Source of the DNA: Phoronis australis
Taxonomy: Eukaryota; Animalia; Phoronida
DNA: 64,000 nucleotides
Direction of reading: 5' to 3'
NCBI GenBank assembly: GCA_002633005.1
Contig: NMRA01000364.1
Location: 243,075 to 307,074 of the forward strand
In this document: positions 12,201 through 23,322 of the stretch, piece after piece
Numbering within the stretch: position 1 is the stretch's first letter
Layout of the letters: each line of letters opens with the position of its first letter
Program-made: the position numbers and the translations under genes
The notes under the pieces: model-generated
Databases searched by the model: none
What the model was told of the DNA's origin: nothing
The model's input: only the letters and a program-made list of their open reading frames with translations

Positions 12201-15200
12201 ACAGGTGATAGGGTGTGCACTTTCCTTTGACTTGTCGTGGTCTATGTTTTTGTCTTAGGCTGTCTGTATTCTTGAGTCTTTAGAATTCTGTCTTGTGTTT
12301 TTCCAGTTGGTTTCTTCTGACGGAAAGATTCCAAGACATTCTGTTCTGCTAATCAGTGTCTTATCACATTGCTGTGAGTACCTGTTAGCCTGATGGAGCA
12401 GAACAGTTAATNGGTGTGCACTTTCCTTTGACTTGTCGTGGTCTATGTTTTTGTCTTAGGCTGTCTGTATTCTTGAGTCTTTAGAATTTAGTCTTGTGTT
12501 TTTCCTGTTGGTTTCTTCTGATGGAAAGATTCCAGGACATTCTGTTCTGCTAATCAGTGTCTTATCACATTGCTGTGAATACCTGTTAGCCTGATGGAGC
12601 AGAACAGTTAATTTGCCTTTGGTATTTTTGTTTTGGGCACTTTTTGGGGTACCTTGTTCATTTTCATTCGAAGGGATAATCACCAAAATTATTCTTTGCA
12701 AATAATTTTCTATTACTTTTTCACTTCATCAGCTCTTAGTGAGATCTGAAATGCTTTGGGATTTTTTTGTATTTGCGCAGTACTGCAAAGTTGGCCCTTT
12801 CTGTGATTTGAGTGATCAAGATAGATGACACTGCTCTTTTTTCACATTTCCAAGAGATTCTCAAGCGTTCTGTCTGTGGGTACCAGGAGTACAGTTCCGG
12901 TCGTTGCATTCATGTCTCTACTTAGTTATCAAATAGACCTGAATGACAGCAGATTTAGTGATCTTCCTGACCCAGAAACATACACCAAGGAAGACAACTG
13001 CCTGACCTCCGTGTGAAAATCTAAGCTTCCTTCAACCTTTCACACAGTCGGGTGCTACACCATCAGTCGGGGCAGCTGTGGAGAATTTCTTTTTGACCAA
13101 CTGTTAAGTAGATGTTTGGGAAATAGATAAACTATGAATGGTGTGTGTTGGGTCATTCTCAGCTATTCAGCAATTATTGTGGGACAGGGCATGAAAAATT
13201 AAATTTCATAATTATTATCATTTTTATTCTTTATGACTGAGTCTGGTGCCTGCTCTTCACAACTTTGAACTTGAGAAGATAATTTGGTTTTTAATTTACA
13301 TATAATTTTGGCATTATCATTCTATGATAAAAAGTTGCGGACGTTACTTTTTAATGGTTGACATCAATTTTCATACTATAGTTTTGTCAAATAATCTTAA
13401 TAACAAATGTTTTCCATTGCATATGTTCCCATCTAACAAGCATATATATAATAATTGAATTCCTCCAATAAAAAATATTATCTCAATTACTTATGTCGCG
13501 TTGTGGACGTTACTCATATTTTGACATGTTATAGTTTTGGCATGGTATTATAACTTTATTAGCAACTAAAAAATTATGATTAGGTTTTGTATTAGTCCTA
13601 GGCCAATACTTACCAGTAGAGCTTGTGCAGAGAATTGCTGACCTTTTTGTTTTATACTCTGTTGAGGTTTGGACGTTACATGTTGACAGTTGACAAATGT
13701 TGACATAGTAACGTCCACAACTCACATCCAAGTTTGAAAATTTGAAATATGTTCATGTTCTAAAGCATAACATCTCATCATTTCATTAGAAATAATGGCA
13801 TTCATTTATTTTATTTTCTTATTCATAACTTTAGATGTTGCTTTGACTGTTTTCTTTACAATTTCCTTTTCAATTGCCAAATGACTTTGGGCATTTGAAA
13901 AAGGATGTAACCCTACCTATCATTTTCTAAGCTCTTTTACACTTTCTGCCTATCTCCTGCTTTTCATTGATTCTGAGATATTTTTGGAGTCAAAACCATG
14001 TATGCTAGAACATGATAGAAAGTCTTTGCAAAAGGGGAGGGCATCCATTCACTGGCCAGAATCTCTCACAATTATGTAACAAAAACAAAACACATAGTAA
14101 CATGTTACTATCTATTTATTAACACTAATTTAGCTACAGTAACATAACAAACATGGACTTCTTAGATACAATAAAATAGCAAGAACTAAACTATTATAAA
14201 ATATGAAGCAATATAGCATATTATCATAATTCTTTCTCCTTTTGGGTATGGCCTGGTACAAGAACAAGCTTTCATCCACTTTTTTAGAACAACGAATCCT
14301 CATTGTGTACTTCGATTTCTAAAAAGAATAATTACAATGAAATAATTTTTCTTAGGTCATAGCACAAAAAAACAAGACACAAGCCTGCATGAACAAGAGT
14401 TTTGATTGGTGTTGAAGAATTTCAAAAAATGTTAGATTTTTATTGTCATCATTTATTATTAAATATCTACACTAGTCAGTTGTATCCATAAAGTCACAAT
14501 TTCCCAAGTCGCTATCAGGATTATGCACACAATGCTGCAAACAATTGGGGGCATATGCCCCCCCCCCCTACCTACACGTCTAAAATATTTCATTGAATAC
14601 TTACTATATCCAATGGAAAGAATGTCAAAAGTAACGTCCAAAGCATCGAGGATTATCACCATGATACAATTTGTAGTTGGCAAGGGTACTGTGCAGTGGT
14701 TTAGTTGCATGGACTAATTAAGGCATTAAATCAGTACTGCAGCTCAGCGTACAGTAATTTTCAAAGCAACTTAACCAGATCGGGTTGGACGTTATGAAAC
14801 TCCAAGTTGACAGTGTCAAACAGTAACGGCCACAACGTGATTTTGCAAGAAAAGCATATCTACGGATTCGTTTTTCTCATAATATCCGTGTTTTGTGAGG
14901 ACAAAAAGCCTAGGCTAATTTGGAAGAAAATTTTAAATCAATCACAGTGCACTATTACTATAACAATACAATAATGTTCGACCGTGACTCAACACCGTGT
15001 TGACCATGTCAACGGATAACGTCCGAACACAGCGGCAAATCCCGGCGATGTCAATAACTAACGTCCGACTGAACGTTACAGCCGAGTCGCACAGTGCAGC
15101 AGCATGCAAAGGCATTTTTAATGAAAAATCCTCCATGGCAACTAAATACGTTGAATGCAGTGAAAGAAGGCACGATTCTTAGCAATTTTTGTTCAAATCT

Positions 15201-18200
15201 TCGCCAATTTACGCTGTGTGGTGGACGTTATTTTGTCAACTTGACTTGACCGACAGCACTCACCTCCATGCTTCTTCGTTCCACGGCGACTATTTACACA
15301 AAGAGTGATGACGTTTTTCACAAGTGAGGTCACTTGTCTCGTGTTATGGCAGAGGCTTTCAACTTGTTCGAAATCGTGAGTTTTTGGACTCGAGTTGCGC
15401 CCGTTATTGTTTGACCGACATTTGCATTAAAAATTTCTTTTATTGATTATAGAAATACGTGATCATAACGAGACGTGGAATTATGACTGTTTTAAAAACA
15501 TCTTTAGAAGCAATTATTTCGTTATTAATCCAGTCTGACCCACGGTTCTCTTAACCGAGAAAAATAAACATGATGTGAGCGATTTTTTGACCGACACCGT
15601 AACGGGCGAATGCTCGTTTTGAAGTTTATTCTTTTTGTTTGGAACATGTTTATTTTTCACCTGTGCAGAATCTACCACAAATTTGATGTCTACTCTTTTG
15701 TTTGGTGTACTTTAATGTGAGAAAAAACTACCCGAATGTGTAAAAACATAATGAAACAAATACTCGGTCATCATGTCACAAAATGGCCGCCCCCAAAATC
15801 GCTCATTGTAATTAAAACGCAACTTATATNATGTGCTTTTAAGCTGTTGTTACGAAAGACCCAGTTCTTTACGATATTCCTCCGTTGCCAATGTTCCCCA
15901 AAACTGCGATGTCAAGTCTATTGCCATGTTTCCCGGCTCGATGCTCCCTAAGCCCATCCCTGTAACTAGCTGTGTGAATCTTCTACCCACTATCGTCAAG
16001 CAGTCTACGTGGTAGATATTTCGGACTCGAATGGTAAGAATTTTTGTTCAGGCTGAAAATGGCCAATGTCTAAACAAAATTATTCTGGATGGCTAAAAAG
16101 GGGATGTGGAAACGATAATTCACATAGTCGAGCTTACGTGGGGGCTGACGCAAGAAATAGTAAAGAACAGCCAGCGACATTAGTTAAAACTGCTAACCAG
16201 TTTGACTGAGATGCAATAATCGAAAAACAAAATTTGACTAGCCGTTTTTTATTACTTCAAAATCATACACAAACATACATTATTGCCAACGTTTGAATTC
16301 AGAAATCGACAGGCAGCAACGAAATCGGTAACCCAATAAGGCACTTGTACTGTTCCTTCGGTCGCCCCACATCCTCTATAACCCGGCAGTTATATTCATC
16401 AAAATATTGAGAATTTGACATCTTTTCGTGAGTTGTGAGATTTGTTCAAAATACGAGAGCTTCCCACCTTAATAGAATTTGGAGGGATGGCAAAACCATT
16501 GTCACATTTCTCTGGCCTGATTTTTTTGAATATGTGTTTTATCTAGTGCACTGCAGACGGAAACTCAGCGCGGCAGACAAAGTCGCTGAACGCGGAGGTT
16601 TTGACGCCGGCGGCGTTCTTAAACTTTGCAAACAAGGGAAGAAAATAAAGTGACAAAAAGGTTCATGTATTATATTTTGAAGTGAGTTCATGACCCAAGA
16701 AAATAACTCGTTACCTGTATTGGTCAGATTGCTAAACCACCGTCTCGGAGTCCTGGTGTTGTTGCACTCATTGTGATCATCGATCTTTTTCTAAAAGTCG
16801 GGGAATCGCGCGTTTCCTTAGCACTAGGCGCTAAGTCTTCATTCTTTAAAAGTCGGGGATGGGCGCTTAACCGAGAGGTGGGCGCTTACCGTAACTGGAA
16901 ATCTTCAAAAATCGCAGGGGGGCGGTTAACCGAGCAGTGGGCGGTTAAATGGAAAATCCACTTAAAGTCGGGGATGGGCGGTTAACTGAGCATGGGCGTT
17001 AACCCGAACGATTACGGTAGTATTTGTGCCAAATATAAGTAAAGAGTCTTCAGTAGATCTTTGCAGACTGGTCGGCTGTAATGGGCCTAGATGTTCACTA
17101 GGTGGTGCTTGTAAAGATACCTCTTTTGACATCTGAATGAAACGAGAGCTGAGAAAAAAGCAATTTTCATCAACAGGGGGAGTTCTTGTGTGATAAAGGA
17201 CGCCCGTGACTTACCCGAATGCAGATGTCTCTGAGTAGCCATCTTGCACCACTTGCATCATTTGGTGAATTTTGTACAGACAATACTTGAATTTTGTTGC
17301 CACAATGTTAACCCTAGTATTTTTAGTTACGGAATATTTATTTACTTGCTACTTTAGTAAGTTCAAGTCAACGTCGTTCTTACAAACAGAATATATCTGC
17401 TACCAAGGGTACCATTTTTTGACTTGAATAAAGTGAAAGCCAAGTTAGCACTGTACATGTACTTAGAAAGAATTGCAGTTTCAACATTGTGTGACCCTTC
17501 GTCACATTATAAAGGATAGAGATACAAGATCAGTTATTCAATTTCTACCCATGAATTCAAATGAATTTTATCATATCAGAACTGTTTTCAAATTTGTCTG
17601 TACAACTATCATTTCTAAGTTTAATAGCCTCTGTAGTTCAACATTACCATTTACTGCAATGTGTCTGTCTATTTTCCTGTTACTTTGTTTTCAAATTGTC
17701 TGATTACCTTTATGTGAGCAGTCAGTCCATTGATTTTGTTCTCAAGTCATACTCACTCATAGCTTTTTCATGTTGCGTTTGTTTTCCCATTTCTACACAC
17801 CTAGACCTTTCTTATTTAACCCCTGTTTGTTCAGTGTTACTTACTCATGTTGTCCCTCGTTCATCCGATCTCTCCCGTCCTGCTGCTCCATTCTTCTTCT
17901 TGAGCCAGTCATGTTTGGTTGCCATCACTTTTGAGTATAGTTTGTGATGTCATCACCCTAGTTACTACGACACTAGCATGATGTCATCTGCATTGTTACC
18001 ATTGTTAGCTGAGTGGAGGTGATGTCATGATTTTCAAACTTTTTTTTAACTCAGACTTGTATGGTAATAGTGGTACCGGGTAGTGATAATAGTGTAGATA
18101 ACAATCTGTTCTGTGAATACAGCACTTATTCTCATCCAGGTCCTGGCTAATACATAGTCGTTTAAAAGAAATATTTACATGTGTAAATAGTAGTGTAAAT

Positions 18201-21200
18201 AGTTTGAAATTTAAAAAAAAATCAAGTTTAAAAGAGAAACGAGATGAAACACTAGACATGTGCATTATCTTGAACTTGCTTAACGTTTCCTGCGCCACTT
18301 GGTGGCCATTTAAAAAGTTTTTGCGTATGTGTTTGATGTCTGCCTAACTATCTGCCAAAGCACTCAAAGGACGATTATGATTATGAAAACTGAGTGATGC
18401 CAAGACCCTGGCTGATGTTGATTTTTGGAGTTTTTGACTATTCCGGAGCCCTTTACGGGCAATTTTGCTTTTTTGTATCTATGGCAATATCTCTTTAAGC
18501 CATTGAAGGATCTTTGCGAAATTTGGCAGATGGGTTCCTATAGAGATGGCAACAGATGACGATGAGTTTCATACCAATCAGACTATTGCTGTTTCCCCTA
18601 GTGTCAGTAGTTTTTTGCATTTGCCTCTATATCTTAGGAGTTCCTTGACATATTTTCATGAAATTGGCAAATAGTTGTGTTTTACAGAGACCACACCACC
18701 TTCTCAATTTGAATGTGTTTGACACATTCTGCGCCATCTAATAGCCATTTTTATGATTCAAAAACACCAATAGAAGCACACAGTTTGCGGTGCTGTCGTG
18801 AATACATTTCAACGCTCCGTGTTGGTCTTGTTAAAATATGTGGTTTAGTTCCCAGCAACACAAAAACAAAGTTGAGAACACAAGAAAAAGCACATCAAGC
18901 TCCAATCGTACTTCCAATAGTATTAAATAGCTAGGATTGCATTGTGTTCATTGATTCTCTACCGGAATGCAGGAGCAGTTTTACTCTTTGCTATCGCTAT
19001 ATAGATTTGCTATCTTGTCATTTTTCATTTCAGAATCTGGTATGGCAGTGACGCCACTTGACAGGGAGTTTGTAACAAATGAACTGAATGTCGTTGAAGA
19101 CTCATCCACTGCACAGTTGTAAGTGTAATCATAGTTGTTCTACAAATGACCAATCTCAATGGGACTTTACATGCAGGAATACGTAGTGTTCAACCTACTG
19201 ATTGTTGTAATGAGAATGTTCATGACTGATTGCATGCATTTGTAAATTCTACGGCTACAGAATTGTGGGAAATATTTGGCTGTCGTAAAGCTAATGTCAT
19301 CTATTTCGAGGTCAGGAAAATCACTTGCAAGTAAAAGAGGTTAATTTTGTGTTTCTACAATCAAAGGCTGTCGAGTAGTCACATTTTGGTCAGATGTTTC
19401 TGTAACCTCTTTTGCTCCATTGCTAACATTAAAGTAGCCTCTGCTCTTTCATCCCAAACATTGCAAACATTAACTCTCACAAATTTAAGTACATTTCTCT
19501 TCATCACCTATTACTTGAATTATAAGTAGTTCCGTTTGGTGGCAACAGGGGTCATTGTTTTCATGGAGCAATTCACTGATGTCGGGCATGAACACATTGT
19601 TCATGCTGCCTATTGTATACTGCCATGCGGTCACCTGTGCGATTTCATTTATATCCGTCTATTCGGCAGTGTGTATCAGACCCTTGACAAAGAGTACATC
19701 ACTCCAAACGTGGGGAATATTTTAATGCATTTTAGTACCGACGCTTGTCATTTAATTTTTACTAGTTTTTACTATTTTATATTCTTATCCGTTGGTAACT
19801 GCACAGCATTCCAGCATCCATTTGATTTATTTATTGACAAAGTGTTGTGAGCCAATACGTATGTAAGCGTATTCCTTTTCCTCATGTAAAATTAATGCAG
19901 TTGTCTACAATAACCTCTGTCCATGTACATTGTATTTGTGAGGATAACTGGGTGTACAGGGTTATGGAACGACTCCATTCTTCAACATTGGATTTGAACC
20001 ATTGGGAAAGTAAAGGGATGTCGAATGTGAGCTGATCCCACTACCTTACTGTTGAAGAGACTTGTCATTAAGGCTACCTTAGATCAGTTGGAACTGGTAT
20101 TACTAAGTGGTTTGGGAAACAGTGTCATGATTGCTCTAACCGAATTTGTCTAATGCTGTAACTGAATTTGTCTAACGCTGTAACTGAATTTGTCTAATTT
20201 GCTTGCAGCCCACTTCTTTATAGTATTGTATCGAACCATCTGAACAGCAAAAAAGCTGGGTTCTCTATCGACGCGCCAAGCAGGAGGCGAGACAAATGTA
20301 AGTGGAGACATTTGTGAAGGCAGGTTAAAAATAGGGAATAGTCCCTAATTATTTGTTTTTGCAAGTGTACAGGCCCTCTCCCTGAAAAAGATTTTTTTTC
20401 AGTTTCTTCTCTCAGTAGTTGACATAAAAGAGTATGTTGGCTATTAACGCACTCCACCGAGCATTTTGGTGCTGCATCGTTGATAATATCAATGATCATG
20501 GATGAGAGCTATGTGCCCGTCACCAGTCATTGCACTGGGCAGGTTCTAAATTGTGATTAGCAGGCTTTTTACATTTTGTTTTTATCTCCATCCTGTCCCA
20601 GGCACTACATTTTCCACTCCCCAAGTCATCAGCCATTCAGATCTTACTGACAGCTGAGACGGATTTAAATCTTTATGACAAAGTCAAGCCAATAGTTTGC
20701 ACATGAGAGTACTAAAGAGTATGTGAAGTCCTGAAATCCTGGCCTCTTACCGTAACCTTCGTTGAACTATTTACTGTTGAAATTCTTTCACACAAAATCA
20801 TTTTAAAGGCATAGGGTCTTGCTATAAATAGTTTATAAATACCAGAACCATGATTTCTTTTTGTTTTTCCCAGTGATGCTTTTTGATTAAAGGCTAAACG
20901 TTTGCCATAACTAATTGATATTTGTGATTACAGTCAGATTACTTCATATAGTTAAGTCTTTTTATGCACCCACATATTTATATGTGGGCGCATTATGCCG
21001 TCATGTCCGTCCGGGCGGCGTCCGGGGTCCGCTGCTTTATCTCCAAAACCCTTTGACATACGTTCATGAAATTTGGCACATATGTTCCATTCATGAATGG
21101 GACGGCATGTGCGAACTTTCGGACGGATCCGACTACCGGTGTGCCCCCTAGTGGCAATTTTAGTTTTTTACACTTTGTATTTTCAAAAGTCCTGAACGGA

Positions 21201-23322
21201 TTTTCATGAAATTTGGTATGTAGGCACCTATTAGTGAGATGACGCTAACCTGCCGTTTTCAGATGGATTCGACATAGTTTGCGCCACCTAGTGGCCATTT
21301 TTAGTGTTTTCGAGTCTGTTTTTGTGTGTCCACCCCTCTATCAACCAAACCGCTCAAAGGATGATTGTAAAAATTGGCATGTACGATTGACGATGATTTT
21401 CCGACGATTTCGACCACTGTGGCGCCTGCTAGTGGCAGTTTTGTTTTTTTGTGCCTATGGATGTATCTCCTAAACCGTTCGCAGGATCTTTACNGCTTGT
21501 CATTTAATTTTTACTAGTTTTTACTATTTTATATTCTTATCCGTTGGTAACTGCACAGCATTCCAGCATCCATTTAATTTATTTATTGACAAAGTGTTGT
21601 GAGCCAATACGTATGTAAGCGTATTCCTTTTCCCCGTTTAAAAAATGCAGTTGTCTACAATAACCTGTCCATGTACGTTGTATTTGTGAGGGTAACTGGG
21701 TGTACAGGGTTATGGAACGACTCCATTCTTCAACATTGGATTTGAACCATTGGGAAGGTAAAGGGATGTCGAATGTGAGCTGATCCCACTACCTTACTGT
21801 TGAAGAGACTTGTCATTACGGCTGCCTTAGATCAGTTGAAACTGGTATTACTAAGTGGTTTGGGAAACAGTGTTATGATTGCTCTAACCGAATTTGTCTA
21901 ATGCTGGAATTTAATGTGTGTAATTTGCTTGCAGCCCACTTCTTTATAGTATTGTATCGAACCATCTGAACAGCAAAAAAGCTGGGTTCTCTATCGACGC
22001 GCCAAGCAGAAGGCGAGACAAATGTAAGTGGAGACATTTGTGAAGGCAGGTTAAAAATAGGGAATAGTCCCTAATTTGTTTGTTTTTGCAAGTGCACAGG
22101 CCATCTCCCTGAAAAAGATTTATTTTCAGTTTCTTCTCTCAGTAGTTGACATAAAAGAGTATGCTGGCTGTTAACCCACTCTGTCCAATGAGCATTTTGG
22201 TACTGCATCGTTGAAAATATCAATGATCATGAATAAGAGCTATGTGCCCATCACCAGTCATTGCACTGGGTAGGTTCTAAATTGTGATTAGCAGGCTTTT
22301 TACATTTTGCTTTTATCTCCATCCTGTCCCAGTCACTACATTTTCCACTCCCCAAGTCATCAGCCATTCAGATCTTACTGACAGCTGAGACGGATTGAAA
22401 TCTTTATGACAAAGTCAAGCCAATAGTTTTCACATGAGAGTACTAAAGAGTATGTGAAGTCCTGAAATCCTGGCCTCTTAACCTTCGTTGAACTATTTAC
22501 TGTTGAAATTCTTTTACACAAAATCACATTAAAGGCGTAGGGTCTTGCTATAAATAGTTTATAAATAACAGAACCATGATTTCTTTTTGTTTTTCCCAAT
22601 GATGCTTTTTGATTAAAGGCTATTAAACAATTGCCATAACTAATTCATATCTGTGATTACAGTCAGGTTACTTTATATAGTTAAATCTTTTTAATATTAT
22701 TGTTTTACAACAGCTGTGGTGTACAAGCCATATTAATTTGGTAGGTTGAGCGGTATCAAACATACAGCTGCATTGTTTTTTCTATCTTTGGGCTAGATGT
22801 AGGAATTGGCCACTTGTTTCCGAGAAAGCTTCATGTATTTTTTATCTGTAACCCAGAGAACGACATTAGCCAGTTCTTTGTAGAAAAAGTTCCATGTGAG
22901 TGCTTGGTCAGATGTGTGCTTAGATGGTTGGCCAGAATGTAGTGCTTTGCATTATTTAAATGTTAATTGCTCCAAAAGCAGTGTATAGGACAATTTTGTG
23001 AACAGCCTAGCTGCCTTCTGGACTTCTGGTCAAACATTCCATCAACCTTTTTTGAAAAATTTCACATTTGAACCACATTACTGACAACTGCTTATTTTGT
23101 TTGAGCTGTCTCTTTTTACAATTAACAGAACATAGATTTTATCATTTGCAGGTGTATTATTGTGAATGTTTGTTTTGCACTTTTTAATTTTGCCGGTTCG
23201 AACGGATTGTTGCATGTAGCGTAGTGGAGACAGCTCTCAACAATATCACTTTAATTTTTTCAGCGCCAGCTAGAAAGAGTAAGGCAGGTGATGCCTACAC
23301 CGTCTATGCATCCCAGAGGTGA
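3004..23322 (+). CDS. CEP20: CEP20/FOPNL (FOR20), LisH-domain centrosomal protein; exons 2-5, first coding exon not found in window
   Basis: Exons 3004-3201, 19034-19118, 20209-20297 (or copy 21935-22023) and 23264-23322 join in phase at GT-AG sites. Product: VIKESLESRGVLGQIKARIRAEVYNALDD...NMIINELIREYLEFNKYRYTSSVLQSESGMAVTPLDREFVTNELNV...PLLYSIV...ASQR*, matching FOPNL from memory. Confidence 0.93.
3727..4242. mobile_element. Nested MITE (hAT-like, 6-bp TSD)
   Basis: TIR CAGGGCTTGGAAT / ATTCCAAGCCCTG, TSD GTCTTG, subterminal TTTCCGC repeats; the same left TIR recurs at 41960. Confidence 0.8.
4856..5199 (+). mobile_element. Helentron/DINE-1-like non-autonomous element, 5' part
   Basis: Starts in a T-run; TATGCGCCCACAT...ATGTGGACGCAT hairpin; GTCC microsatellite; near-identical to 20959-21300. 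Confidence 0.7.
5201..6090 (+). repeat. Duplicate of 3946-4828 between N joins (probable haplotype redundancy)
   Basis: Near-identical with scattered SNPs and indels; bounded by N at 5200 and 6091. Confidence 0.85.
6092..6266 (+). mobile_element. Helentron/DINE-1-like element, 3' end
   Basis: Subterminal IR GTGGGCGCAT, stem-loop CAACGC-TCC-GCGTTG, then CTCTTGTT into a T-run. Confidence 0.65.
6400..8670. repeat. Tandem array of ~1.7-1.8 kb units with two diverged ~200-bp subrepeats per unit, block 1
   Basis: Core GACCTGAATGACAGCAGATTTAGT...CCTGACCCAGAAAC at ~6863, 7689 and 8561, partial at ~6500. Confidence 0.9.
6400..9027 (-). pseudogene. Decayed antisense gene encoding an unrecognised repeated domain, nested in CEP20 intron 2
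   Basis: First exon 9027-8925 (MATSHGNNNNREGREDEAQELPVLYPKERVYAGT + G|gtaaga). Downstream frame MYEPLERSRNEKEEASLSENLSNCRDCWEALCERLKEALDLHTEVRQL... with scattered TGA/TAA/TAG stops. Confidence 0.45.
9047..9095 (-). promoter_or_regulatory. Three TGATGTCA (CRE-like) motifs 20 nt upstream of the antisense ATG
   Basis: Motifs at 9047, 9067 and 9088. Confidence 0.4.
9995..13149. repeat. Same tandem array, block 2
   Basis: Unit period 1796 (10022 to 11818); N joins at 10525 and 12412 with local overlaps. Confidence 0.9.
13150..15829. mobile_element. Probable non-autonomous transposon fragment
   Basis: Abrupt join to the tandem array; dispersed GGACGTTA/TAACGTCC and GACCGACA motifs in both orientations; no long ORF. 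Confidence 0.3.
17945..18027 (-). promoter_or_regulatory. Three TGATGTCA motifs 20 nt upstream of a second antisense ATG (17925)
   Basis: Motifs at 17945, 17979 and 18020. Confidence 0.35.
18291..18832 (+). mobile_element. Older Helentron/DINE-like copy
   Basis: Degenerate GCGCCACTTGGTGGCC and GAAATTTGGC modules; 3' end CAACGCTCCGTGTTGGTCTTGTT. Confidence 0.55.
19034..19118 (+). CDS. CEP20: CEP20 exon 3
   Basis: tttcag|AATCTGGT...CAGTT|gtaagt; (E)SGMAVTPLDREFVTNELNVVEDSSTAQ. Confidence 0.92.
20209..20297 (+). CDS. CEP20: CEP20 exon 4
   Basis: ttgcag|CCCACTT...GACAAAT|gtaagt; PLLYSIVSNHLNSKK. Confidence 0.85.
20959..21493 (+). mobile_element. Helentron/DINE-1-like element, 5' part, polymorphic insertion
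   Basis: Same 5' hairpin and body as 4856; absent from the T-run at 22688-22692 in the duplicate block. Confidence 0.72.
21495..22688 (+). repeat. Duplicate of 19743-20958 (probable haplotype redundancy)
   Basis: Starts immediately after N at 21494. Confidence 0.85.
21935..22023 (+). CDS. CEP20: Second copy of CEP20 exon 4 (probably the other haplotype)
   Basis: Same 89-nt exon with a synonymous AGG/AGA change, inside the block duplicated after N at 21494. Confidence 0.65.
23264..23322 (+). CDS. CEP20: CEP20 terminal exon
   Basis: tttttcag|CGCCAGCT...AGGTGA; phase matches exon 4; (S)PARKSKAGDAYTVYASQR*; AATAAA cluster 300 nt downstream. Confidence 0.7.

Larger units (their letters stand above)
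9708..17017. mobile_element. Tc1/mariner (pogo/Tigger-like) element ends
   Basis: TIR CCGTAATCGTTCGGGTTAACGCC at both ends, TA flanks, subterminal GGGCGGTTAA arrays at 9730-9885 and 16860-17000; interior interrupted by other sequence and N joins. Confidence 0.75.

Noticed and set aside
6770-13016. Repeated plus-strand ORFs (MHSKIILY..., MAGLLLLF..., MTLLFFHI...)
   Set aside because: Short and C/F/L/S-rich, several with non-ATG starts; best explained as antisense shadows of the purine-rich minus strand
6400-13149. In-frame TGA codons as selenocysteine or readthrough
   Set aside because: TAA/TAG stops and frameshifts also occur, TGA alternates with CGA/AGA rather than Cys, and no SECIS element was identified
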